Assembly (NCBI GenBank): GCA_964602595.1
Contig: CAZRRO010000003.1
Coordinates: 413,438 to 477,437, forward strand
Reading direction: 5' to 3'
Length of the DNA stretch: 64,000 nucleotides
Origin: an uncultured Verrucomicrobiota bacterium
GTDB taxonomy: Bacteria; Verrucomicrobiota; Verrucomicrobiia; Limisphaerales; UBA9464
A program made the position numbers and the translations under genes. Numbering within the stretch: position 1 is the stretch's first letter; each line of letters starts with the position of its first letter. Of the stretch, positions 1-8,477 are shown in pieces. The notes beneath the pieces are model-generated. The model did no database searches. It had not been told where the DNA came from and worked only from the letters and a program-made list of their open reading frames with translations.

Positions 1-1117
1 CGTAAAGGCCGGCGACCTCGGTCTCGCCGTCCAGGTTGGTGACCACGCCACCGCACTGGTAATGCGCCGCGGGCACGACCGGAATCGCCTGGCGCGTCAT
101 GTCGATGCCGAACTCCAGGCATTTGGCGTGGATGTTCGGGAAGTGGCCGCGGATGAATTCGGCGGACTGGTGCGAGATGTCGAGGAACACGCAGTCGGCG
201 CCGGTGCGCTTCATCTCGGAGTCGATGGCGCGCGCCACGATGTCGCGCGGGGCGAGCTCGGCCCGGGCATCGTAACGCGGCATGAACCGCTGGCCGTCGG
301 CGCCGCGTAGGAAGGCGCCCTCGCCGCGGACCGCCTCGGAGATCAGGTAGGTCTTGGCCTGCGGATGGTAGAGGCAGGTGGGGTGGAACTGGACGAACTC
401 CATGTTGGCCACCGGCACGCCGGCCCGGTGGGCCATCGCCACGCCGTCGCCCGTCGCGATGTCGGGGTTCGTCGTGTAGAGGTAGACCTTGCCGCTGCCG
501 CCCGTTGCCAGCACGACGACCGGCGCGGCGAAGACATCCACGTCATGCTCGACCTCGTCGAACACGTAGGCGCCGACCACGCGGTTCGGCCCCACGTAGC
601 CCAGCTTGGACGTGGTGATGAGGTCCACCGCGAGATGGTTCTCGAAGACCTCGATGCGCGGGTTCGCCGCGATGGCCGCGAGCAGGGCGCGTTCGATCTC
701 GGCGCCGGTGGCGTCCTTGGCGTGGAGGATCCGCCGCCGGGAATGGCCGCCTTCCTTGGTGAGGTCGAGTTCCCGCCGGCCGGGTGCGCTGGGTTGCTCG
801 CGTTCGGTGAACTGGGTGCCCAGTTCGATGAGTTCGGCGATGCGGGCCGGGCCTTCCTCGACGATGCAGCGGACCGCGGCCTCCTTGCACAGGCCGGCGC
901 CGGCTTCCAGCGTGTCCTGGATGTGGAGGGCGAAGGAATCCTCCCGGCTCGTGACGCTGGCGATGCCGCCCTGCGCCCAGTTGGTGTTCGAGTCGGCGCG
1001 GTTCTTCTTGGTGACGATGGCGACCCGGCCCTGCCCGGCGACCTTCAGGGCGAAGGTCAGGCCGGCAATGCCGCTGCCGAGCACAAGGAAGTCGAAGCTG
1101 CGTGTCGCGGAGGCCAT
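1..1117 (-). CDS. nadB: L-aspartate oxidase, N-terminal ~372 codons (C-terminus lies beyond the left window edge)
   Basis: Absent from the ORF track because it is open at the edge. My translation of the minus strand from ATG 1117-1115 gives MASATRSFDFLVLGSGIAGLTFALK (FAD GxGxxG) ... RRRILHAKDATGAEIERAL ... PDIATGDGVAMAHRAGV ... PVVPAAHYQCGGVVTNLDGETEVAGLY. This is colinear with NadB flavoproteins. Plus-strand ORFs 62-310, 365-1135 and 606-1265 are its antisense shadows. Confidence 0.85.
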   Translation of the reverse strand, partial: MASATRSFDFLVLGSGIAGLTFALKVAGQGRVAIVTKKNRADSNTNWAQGGIASVTSREDSFALHIQDTLEAGAGLCKEAAVRCIVEEGPARIAELIELGTQFTEREQPSAPGRRELDLTKEGGHSRRRILHAKDATGAEIERALLAAIAANPRIEVFENHLAVDLITTSKLGYVGPNRVVGAYVFDEVEHDVDVFAAPVVVLATGGSGKVYLYTTNPDIATGDGVAMAHRAGVPVANMEFVQFHPTCLYHPQAKTYLISEAVRGEGAFLRGADGQRFMPRYDARAELAPRDIVARAIDSEMKRTGADCVFLDISHQSAEFIRGHFPNIHAKCLEFGIDMTRQAIPVVPAAHYQCGGVVTNLDGETEVAGLY

Positions 1118-1170
1118 GAAGTCGGGGCAGCGTAACGGGCTTGCCGGCCGACAACCAGCATCAGGACCCG

Positions 1171-1202
1171 GAAAAAGCAAAACCCCGCGCGAAGGCGGGG
1201 TT
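1171..1202 (-). terminator. Rho-independent terminator after nuoA
   Basis: Plus strand 1181-1202 is aaccccgc-gcgaag-gcggggtt (8-bp stem). On the minus strand the stem is followed by TTGCTTTTTCC (plus-strand a-tract 1171-1180). It lies ~24 nt after the nuoA stop. Confidence 0.6.
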
Positions 1203-1225
1203 GCGGGTCGAATTGGCCGGCCGGA

Positions 1226-1609
1226 CTATTTGGTCCAGTCGAAGGCGCCCTTTTTCAGCGCGTAGATGTAACCGACGAACAGCACGCCGAGGAAACTCAC
1301 CATGCCGCCGAGGATGAGCGCGGCGTTCTGCTTCAGCAGGTCCTTGTAGACGACCGCCCACGGATACATGAACACGACCTCGATATCGAAGAGGACGAAG
1401 AGCAGCGCCACGAGGTAGAACTTCACGGACAGGCGGGAATTGCCCGGACCCTCCGGCAGCATGCCGCATTCGTAGGGGATGTCCTTGGTCTTGGTGCGGC
1501 GCCCGAGCTTTCCGGCCAGCGCGGAGATGACCAGCGTGCCCCCGGCGAAGCCGACGGCGACGAGGAACAACACCAGGACCGGGAAATACTGCTGCAACTG
1601 CGATTCCAT
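1226..1609 (-). CDS. nuoA: NADH-quinone oxidoreductase subunit A
   Basis: ORF 1226-1630 has three hydrophobic helices and the NuoA/ND3-type core IPYECGM.PEG....LSVKFYLVALLFVLFDIEVVFMYPWA. The codon at 1630 is GTG, so I prefer the ATG at 1609 (MESQLQQYFPVLV...). Either start is possible. Confidence 0.85.
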   Translation of the reverse strand: MESQLQQYFPVLVLFLVAVGFAGGTLVISALAGKLGRRTKTKDIPYECGMLPEGPGNSRLSVKFYLVALLFVLFDIEVVFMYPWAVVYKDLLKQNAALILGGMVSFLGVLFVGYIYALKKGAFDWTK

Positions 1610-1663
1610 TGCGAACGGGAGCCTAGGCACGGAGCCCGGATTGGCAAGCGGCCGGTTGGCCGG

Positions 1664-3586
1664 CTACTGGATGCCCTTCAGCTTGGCGAGCGACGCGTTC
1701 AGCTGTTCGGCCTGCAAGGGGAAGAGGAACCGTTGCTCGACCCGTTCGGCGGCGGCGATGGCCTCGGCCTTCTGCCCCTTGGTTTCGTGGAACTGGAACC
1801 GGGCGAACTCCATTACGGCCGCCACGGACGGCTCCAGCTTCGTGCCAGCCAGGGACGTGAGGATCGGGCCGGCTTCGTCGACGCGCCCGACTTGGAGCAG
1901 GGCCAAGGCCCGGTTGACGCGCGCGGAAACCGAATTGGGCATCCGGTCGAGGACCTCGAAGGTCACCTTCACCGCTTCCGGCCCGCGGTCACCTCTCAGC
2001 AGCAGCGAGGCCGCGTAATTGTTCGCCACTACGGGATCGCTGGCTTGCAGGAGGTAGAGCCGGCGGCTGGCCTCGATCAGGGAATCCACGTCCCGCGACT
2101 CGTAGGACGCCTGCTGCATCTGCCGCCAGAATTCGGACGAGTTGCCGGCCTTGGTTTCCAGGGTGCGCAGCAGCCGGGTGGCATACTCCGGGTAACCCAG
2201 CTGGCCCATCATGACCGCAGTGCCGAACGCCAGTTGGGCGTCGTCGGGAGTCTTCTGGAGGTAGCGGTCGAATCCGTCCTCGGCCCGCGGCCGGCGGCCC
2301 AGGTGGTGTTCGCCCACCGCCTCGAAGAACCAGCTCAGGTTGCCCAGCTCCATGGTGAGCCGGTCCACCTGCCGCATCTCGACCGCCAACCCGCGCAGGT
2401 CATCCCATTCCCCGACCTGGATCATCGCCTCGGCGGTGCGGACCCACACCTGGGGCGCGGCGGAAAACTTCGGCAGCCGTTCCTTCGCGAAGTCCTGCAG
2501 GATCCGGGACTGCTTCAGCGCCGCGATGGCCGCCAGATACATTTCGGCCTCGTCCACCGAGGCGGGAATGTCGCCGAAGCCCTGGGCCAGCTCGATGGCC
2601 CGCGCCCGTTGGCCGGACAGCCGCAGCAAATTCCAGAACCGCACGTGGTGGCGGACCTTGTCGCCGCCGATCTCCCGCAGCCGGTTGAAATGCCGCTCAT
2701 ACGCGGTCAGGTCGATGCGCTGGTAGTCGACCCGCAGCAGCATGCGGTAGGCGAGGTCCTCCAATCCGGCAACCTTCGTGGCCGCTTCCAACGCGTCCAC
2801 GGACGCCGTGTATTCCGCCGCCGGGCCCCAGCCGGCGGTCCAGGCCGCCACATACAGGCGGGTGCGTTCATCCTGGGCGAGCTCCTTGTGCGCGGTCCAT
2901 TCGCTCGCGAACCGCTGCACCAGGCCCTTCTCGAACAGGGCCGCCAACAGGATCGGGGTGGTCACCGCGGTGCGGGGTGAATTCGTGTTGCCCAGCCGGT
3001 AGATGATCCATTCCCACTGTCCGTAGGCGGCGTTGGCGCGGGAAGCCAGTTCGAGGTCGGCCTGGTTGGTGCCCGACAAGCGGAGCAACCAGTCCGAGGT
3101 GACGCCCATCAACCGGAGCCAGGCGAGTTCCGGCTTGGGCTGGCCGGCCAGCGTGGCCAGGAGGCCGCGGTTCACTTCCAGGTCCGCCTCGTTGTTGTCC
3201 CGGGCCGCGTGCCAAGCCTGGATGGCGTCCTCGGTCTTGCCGGCCGCGGTGGCGGCCACGGCCGTCTGCTTGAGCGAGCGGGCCTTCAGCAGGTCGATGC
3301 CGTTGACCTTGATCACGGGAAAGACGCCCGGCGGCGACGTGACCCAGATCTTGGGCCACATCACGCCCATGGTCCCGAACAGGAGAATGCCCACCACGGT
3401 GAACCAGCGGAACGCGCGGTCGTAAAACAGGATGTGCAGCAGGTAATTCCGCTTCACCGCGGCCGGCGGCACCTTGCGGCGGCGGCGTTCCCGCGAACGC
3501 CGGGGGGTGGAATCGTCGCGGCGGGGGCCGACGGCAAGGGAGTCACCGTCTTCGGGATCAGGATTGGGGCGGTTCGCGTCGTCCAT
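1664..3586 (-). CDS. Membrane-anchored TPR/helical-repeat protein, function unknown
   Basis: 640-aa ORF with ATG at 3586. It has a basic N-terminus (RRSRERRRRK), one TM helix (FRWFTVVGILLFGTMGVMW), then a long alpha-helical repeat region with TPR-like A/L/Y spacing. GC3-rich codon usage; the opposite-strand ORFs are shadows. Confidence 0.6.
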   Translation of the reverse strand: MDDANRPNPDPEDGDSLAVGPRRDDSTPRRSRERRRRKVPPAAVKRNYLLHILFYDRAFRWFTVVGILLFGTMGVMWPKIWVTSPPGVFPVIKVNGIDLLKARSLKQTAVAATAAGKTEDAIQAWHAARDNNEADLEVNRGLLATLAGQPKPELAWLRLMGVTSDWLLRLSGTNQADLELASRANAAYGQWEWIIYRLGNTNSPRTAVTTPILLAALFEKGLVQRFASEWTAHKELAQDERTRLYVAAWTAGWGPAAEYTASVDALEAATKVAGLEDLAYRMLLRVDYQRIDLTAYERHFNRLREIGGDKVRHHVRFWNLLRLSGQRARAIELAQGFGDIPASVDEAEMYLAAIAALKQSRILQDFAKERLPKFSAAPQVWVRTAEAMIQVGEWDDLRGLAVEMRQVDRLTMELGNLSWFFEAVGEHHLGRRPRAEDGFDRYLQKTPDDAQLAFGTAVMMGQLGYPEYATRLLRTLETKAGNSSEFWRQMQQASYESRDVDSLIEASRRLYLLQASDPVVANNYAASLLLRGDRGPEAVKVTFEVLDRMPNSVSARVNRALALLQVGRVDEAGPILTSLAGTKLEPSVAAVMEFARFQFHETKGQKAEAIAAAERVEQRFLFPLQAEQLNASLAKLKGIQ

Positions 3587-3765
3587 TCGAAGGCGGGAGG
3601 AAACCTTGCCCGCGTGGGCTTGGAAAGCCGCGAGTCAGCGGCCCGAGGGGCGGCAATCGACGATGGCGGCGGGCCAGGAGCACGACTCTCCGAGTCGCGA
3701 GTCGGGTTCTTGGACAGTGTGGGCCGGCCTACGGGCGGCTCGGAGAGCCGCGCTCCCGTTTCCGC

Positions 3766-5391
3766 TCAACGTCGCTGCAAGCGGAAGTTCGCCGCGTCGT
3801 CGCGGGGATTGCCGAGGCGCGTGCGGCGGAAGCGGGCCAGCTCCGTCGCGGAACGGTCGGCGGCCTGCGCGAGCTTGGCGCTGAGCTGGTCGCGTTCCTT
3901 CTCCAGTTCCTTCAGCCGGGTCTCCAGCGTCGTGATGGTCTGGTTGGCGCGGGCGACTTGGTTGGCGTTGGGCGTCTGGTTCGCTTCGCGGAGGCGGGCG
4001 AGCAGGTGTTCCTTCTCTCGCTCCAACCGGTCGCGGGCGGCGTTGGCCTCGCCCAGCAGCGTGGAGAGTTCCGTCTCGCGGGCGCGGCTGTCCTTGAGCG
4101 CGTCGCGCAGGCGGCCGGCCTCGGTTTCCAGCAGCTTGAGCTGGCCGGCCACCGCTGGATCGTCCGGGGCGTCGGGCTTCGGGTTTTCGGCGGCGGATTT
4201 CTTCAATGCGTCCAGCCGCTGCTCCGCGGCCTTGAGCTGGGCCTCGACTTCCTGGCGTTCGTTGCGCTCGGCGGCGAGCTGCGTTTCGATGCCCTTGAGC
4301 GCCGTGTTCTGCTCCGTCAGCGACTGCACGCGGCGGGTCAGCTCGACGTTGCTCGTCTCGGCCTGGACACGAACACCCTTCTCCTTGGCGAGCTGGGCGG
4401 CGAGTTCATCGGCCACGAGCGAGTTGCGGCCCGCTTCGGCTTTGGCGAGGGCCAGATCCGTTTCAAGCTGCTTGAGGCGGAGAATGCCGTCCTCGGACTG
4501 GCGGGCGCGGAGATCCTCGACCTGTTTCTCCAGCTTCGCCCGGTCGGCGATCAGCACTTCGTTCTGCTCCTTCATCTGCGAAAGGTCCGCCTGAAGCCCG
4601 GCCAGTTTGCCGGAAAGGTCGGCCACCTGCTTGCCACGCTCGCTGTCCGACTTCAGCTCGGTGACCTGCGTCTTGAGGGTCGAATTCTCGACGTCGAGCT
4701 TCTTGAGCTGGCCCTCGATGGACTCGCGCTGTTTCTCCAGTTCGGCGGCGCGGGTGCGCTGGGCGAGCAGCTCGCGGTTGGCGTCGTTCAGCGCCTTCTG
4801 GGCCTCCTCGGCGACGACCTTGTCCACCAGGTTGCGGCGCTCTGCTTCCTGCCGCGCGAGGTGGGCGAGCAGCACCTTGTTGGTGGACTGGAGCTGAGAA
4901 ATCTTCTCCACCGCCGACTGGAGTTCCTTGGGGTCCACCGGTGCGGGCTGGGCGGTGAGCGCCTCGCGCAGCTTGGCCTCGAGCACCTGCTTTTCGGCGG
5001 CGAGCTTGGCGATCTGCGCGTTCATGGTGTTGAACTGCTCGATCACCTCGCCGGCGGGCGCGAGTTCGTCGGACTTCGGCGCGGGCTTCGCGGGATCGGC
5101 GGGTTTGGGCGCGTCGGCCGGCGTCTCGGGAATGGCGGCGAGCTTCTCGGCGACGTAGCGGAGGCGGTAGGCGATCACGCGCTCGTTCCAAGTCGGATGA
5201 CTCTTCTGCAACTGCCGGAGGAGCTGCTGCGCCTTCATGTAACCCTCGCGGGCGTCCACCACCCGCCCGGCGGAGTTCTGGGAATCCGTGACCTGGATCA
5301 GGTTGTAGATCGTGATGAAGTCGTCGTCCGGCCCGGCGCAGACCCGGACCGCGCAGACCAGCGCCAGCACGACGGCGAAACAGCGGAGCAT
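3766..5391 (-). CDS. Secreted long coiled-coil protein, function unknown
   Basis: ORF 3766-5460. The ATG at 5391 gives a clean signal peptide (MLRCFAVVLALVCAVRVCAG); the upstream ATG at 5460 is an alternative. After a ~90-aa head and a P/A/K linker, about 400 aa are heptad-like E/K/Q/L/A-rich sequence (LEKQRESIEGQLKKLDVENSTLKTQVTELK...). Confidence 0.6.
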   Translation of the reverse strand: MLRCFAVVLALVCAVRVCAGPDDDFITIYNLIQVTDSQNSAGRVVDAREGYMKAQQLLRQLQKSHPTWNERVIAYRLRYVAEKLAAIPETPADAPKPADPAKPAPKSDELAPAGEVIEQFNTMNAQIAKLAAEKQVLEAKLREALTAQPAPVDPKELQSAVEKISQLQSTNKVLLAHLARQEAERRNLVDKVVAEEAQKALNDANRELLAQRTRAAELEKQRESIEGQLKKLDVENSTLKTQVTELKSDSERGKQVADLSGKLAGLQADLSQMKEQNEVLIADRAKLEKQVEDLRARQSEDGILRLKQLETDLALAKAEAGRNSLVADELAAQLAKEKGVRVQAETSNVELTRRVQSLTEQNTALKGIETQLAAERNERQEVEAQLKAAEQRLDALKKSAAENPKPDAPDDPAVAGQLKLLETEAGRLRDALKDSRARETELSTLLGEANAARDRLEREKEHLLARLREANQTPNANQVARANQTITTLETRLKELEKERDQLSAKLAQAADRSATELARFRRTRLGNPRDDAANFRLQRR

Positions 5392-5552
5392 GGCCCCGGT
5401 ATAGCGGGCGCGGCGCGGGGAAGCCAGCGGGGAACCAAGGCGAAGTCGCCCACCGCCCATGGGGAATCAGGTCACGAGTCTCACTTTTGCCTGGAAGAAG
5501 TCAGAGACTCCTGACGTCGGCTCCTACTTGTGCGGGAAGAGAAGGGCACTGG

Positions 5553-8315
5553 TCACGGTGCGGCGGATTCGCCGCGGAGCTTCGCCAATGAGGTTTCCGC
5601 TGCGCTCAAGTTGCCGGACACTACCTCGTGCCATTCGACAGGGAAATCGCGGCCGAACAGGTCGCGGTAATTGGAATCACCCTCGCGAGTGAACGCGGTC
5701 AGGGCGTTACGGTAGGCGATGACGGCCTCGGCCAGGAGGCGGACGGCTTCGCCTCCCTCGGCGCGGTCGGCTAGAGTGCTCAACGCGTTGCCCAAGTTGT
5801 TCTCGGTTTTGGCCCATTGCCACGGCGATTCCTCGCGGGTAATGACCGTGAGCGCCGCGCGGTAGGCGGTGGCGGACTCGGTCAGCAGGCGGACGACCTC
5901 TGCCCCTTGGCTCTGTAGCGCATGGTCCTGTAACGCAGAACCGAGGTTTATCTGAGTATTACCCCACCTCCAACATGTGGGATCGTCGATTTGCAGTGAG
6001 GCGCGAAAGGCTGCCTCAGCTTCGTCTTGAAGGCGCATTGCGCTAGTTGCTTCACTACGCTTGGCTTGCTGCAGCAACACAAAACCGAGGTGGTCTTGGA
6101 CCTGTGCTAACGAATCTGACCAACCCATTTGTGTGTAATGCTTCACAGCAACGCGAAGCTCTGCAACGGCTTGGGCGAGTAATCGCACGCCGTCAGCCCC
6201 TTCTTTCCTCTTTCCTTGGTCGACCAATACCCGAGCCAGACTCTCATGAACATGAGCCTGTCCATAGGCTGAATGATCGGCATCCAGTGCGGTTCTGTAG
6301 GCAATGGCGGATTCGCTCAATAGTCGGTCGGTCTCGACTCCGCTGGTCTGCCGGGACAAATCATGGAGGACATCGCCCATTGCGGCCTGGGTGGACGCCA
6401 AAATCTCTCTCAGACCTGCTCGATCATATACAGCGGCCGCCGCACGATAACAGCTGACAGCGTCCCCGAGCAGCCGAATGGCCTCATCCTTATCCCTGCC
6501 TCTACCGTGATTGCTCCACTGGCTTTGCAACACTTGAGCAAGACCCACTTGAACGGAAGCCCACTCCTGAGCAAAGCTCTCACCAGAAAGGGCCTCAAGC
6601 GCGGCCCTAAAGGCTGTTGTGGCCTCACCCCAAATGCGCTCCCGCTCGAGTTCTTCGCACCCACTGGCGCTCGCCTGCATATCGAGCGCATCGCCCAGCC
6701 GGTATTGCGCCAGTGCCCACTCTCGGGGCAATTCACCCCGGGTGAACACTTCCAACGCTGAGCGGCTCGCTAAGACAGCAGATCGCGAATGTTCCTGCAA
6801 AGCGCTTTCATCGGAGCTGACACTCTGACAACGATGTGCGAAGGCCAACCTGAGTTGAATGTCCGCCCACCGCCTTGGGTTCGTGGCTCGATCGGTCAAC
6901 TCCAGCGCTTGCTGGTAATGCTGGAGCGCCTCCTGAGGTCGCTCACCAAAATCGACACTGTCAGCAACCTCGATATGAGCCTCCCGTTCAATTTCGCGAA
7001 GGCGGCGGGTTTCCTGTTCCGCCCCGCGACGCAATTGCCCGGATAAAGAGAGCCGTTCCTCTGCATTTGAAGCGGCCTGAAGCAAGCGTTGCCGCAGGGC
7101 ATCCACGGTCAGATTGCGGTCGCGGGCGAGTTCAGTCAGCGCAGCAGTCACCTGTCCTTCTGGAGCGGTGTTCGCCATGCCAAATCGGGCAGCATCGAGT
7201 CGTTGGCGAAATTGCCGGAGCAATTCACTGCCGGGCGCATCGCGCTTTACCAAAGCATCCAGCTTGGCTAGCGACACCTGCTGCTGCCACCCAAGCGCCA
7301 GCACAACTGCCAAGACCAGCCCTACTCCAGCCACCACCCAGCCCAGCCGGCGGCGCAGCCAACTCTGCCCGACGGCGGTTTCCTGATGCCGGCGTTCGGC
7401 AGCGCCTTCCTGCCGGTCCAAGTGGGCATGGACACCGGCGAATTCCTGCCGGAGCAGGTTGAGAACCTGGTCGTTCTGCCGCTTCAGGTGCTGCTTGAAC
7501 CGGGTGTAGTTGGCGTCGAATTCCTTGTCCTCAAACGCAGCCAGGGTGTCGGTGAAGCGTTGCAGCGTGGCCGGGTCGGGGAGCGCCGACCGGATTTCGG
7601 CGAGATCACCCTTGAGGCCGGTGAGCACGTTGGCGGTGAAGGCGCGGAAGACCTTGTCACCATCCTTGAGCTGTTCGCGGAAGAACACGCACACCACGTC
7701 GTAGAAGCTCAGGCGGGCACCGTCTTTGCCTACGGGCCATCCGTTGGCCACGGAGGCGGCGAAATCCTTGGGCTTGCCGCCGTTGTCGGGGACGTGCCTG
7801 TCCACCCACGCGAGGAATCGGTCGTTGATCGCCTGTTTCACCGTCTGGTCGGTCTGATCCGACAACAGGCGGGTGAGCTGGTGGTCGGCGAGCACTAGGT
7901 CGAGCGGCAGATCGTTGAAATTGTCCGGATTCTTGGATTTCTCGATCAAGGTCGCCAGCCAGTGGTCGGCCGGTGGGCCGGCGATGAGGTTGTTTTGGCC
8001 GATCTCAAGCAGGCGGTGGACGAGGTTGGGCCAATCAGAAAAGTTCTGGAGCAGTTCGCCAAGGGACTTCCGGCTGGGCTCGTGCAGATGGTAGGCGAGC
8101 ACGCGGGTAGCTTGGCCCAATGCGATCCTTAGGGCGTTGTCGAGGTCATGGTTGACCGGGAGTTGGCCTTCCTGGGACCGGGCAACCGCTAATGCGATTG
8201 CCTTCTCGAACGGCGCCATGCCGAGTGCATCAAGCACAGCCTTAAACGCGCCGGAAACGAAGCTGCCCAGTGCACCCCCGAAGAGCGCCGCCCCAAAACT
8301 AATCTTGCCATTCAC
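5553..8315 (-). CDS. Large protein: unknown ~320-aa N-terminal domain, one TM helix, about nine TPR-like repeats
   Basis: 920-aa ORF with GTG start at 8315. N-terminal Gly-zipper-like segment FGAALFGGALGSFVSGAF; TM LGWVVAGVGLVLAVVLALGW near aa 325-345. The C-terminal half repeats [AV]VRLL.EA..AYR.AL...T.E..P..WA.....LG.AL about every 42 aa. Visibly lower GC than its neighbours. Confidence 0.65.
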   Translation of the reverse strand: MNGKISFGAALFGGALGSFVSGAFKAVLDALGMAPFEKAIALAVARSQEGQLPVNHDLDNALRIALGQATRVLAYHLHEPSRKSLGELLQNFSDWPNLVHRLLEIGQNNLIAGPPADHWLATLIEKSKNPDNFNDLPLDLVLADHQLTRLLSDQTDQTVKQAINDRFLAWVDRHVPDNGGKPKDFAASVANGWPVGKDGARLSFYDVVCVFFREQLKDGDKVFRAFTANVLTGLKGDLAEIRSALPDPATLQRFTDTLAAFEDKEFDANYTRFKQHLKRQNDQVLNLLRQEFAGVHAHLDRQEGAAERRHQETAVGQSWLRRRLGWVVAGVGLVLAVVLALGWQQQVSLAKLDALVKRDAPGSELLRQFRQRLDAARFGMANTAPEGQVTAALTELARDRNLTVDALRQRLLQAASNAEERLSLSGQLRRGAEQETRRLREIEREAHIEVADSVDFGERPQEALQHYQQALELTDRATNPRRWADIQLRLAFAHRCQSVSSDESALQEHSRSAVLASRSALEVFTRGELPREWALAQYRLGDALDMQASASGCEELERERIWGEATTAFRAALEALSGESFAQEWASVQVGLAQVLQSQWSNHGRGRDKDEAIRLLGDAVSCYRAAAAVYDRAGLREILASTQAAMGDVLHDLSRQTSGVETDRLLSESAIAYRTALDADHSAYGQAHVHESLARVLVDQGKRKEGADGVRLLAQAVAELRVAVKHYTQMGWSDSLAQVQDHLGFVLLQQAKRSEATSAMRLQDEAEAAFRASLQIDDPTCWRWGNTQINLGSALQDHALQSQGAEVVRLLTESATAYRAALTVITREESPWQWAKTENNLGNALSTLADRAEGGEAVRLLAEAVIAYRNALTAFTREGDSNYRDLFGRDFPVEWHEVVSGNLSAAETSLAKLRGESAAP

Positions 8316-8477
8316 GGGCTACACGCTACCGGGCGAATTTCTGAGTCGCCAGTGTTGGGCCGAGGTGAAATTTCCAACGGGTGCGGCTCGCCATTGCGCC
8401 CGATAAGGGACGACGTCAGGGGTCCGCGTTCGCCTTGGGAAAGTGAGAGGCTCGTGACTTCGGCTCCTACGGGACAG

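Noticed and set aside
62-1265. Track ORFs 62-310(+), 365-1135(+), 543-1154(-) and 606-1265(+)
   Set aside because: All overlap the nadB reading frame that I translated on the minus strand. Their products are Arg/Gly/Ala/Val-rich low-information sequences typical of off-frame or antisense ORFs in high-GC DNA.
1733-5514. Long plus-strand ORFs 1733-2980 (415 aa), 3209-4594 (461 aa), 3958-5514 (518 aa) and minus-frame 4463-5191
   Set aside because: They are antisense or off-frame to the TPR and coiled-coil genes. Compositions such as LGGELGGEF or SSRSS runs mirror the sense-strand repeats, and there are no motifs.
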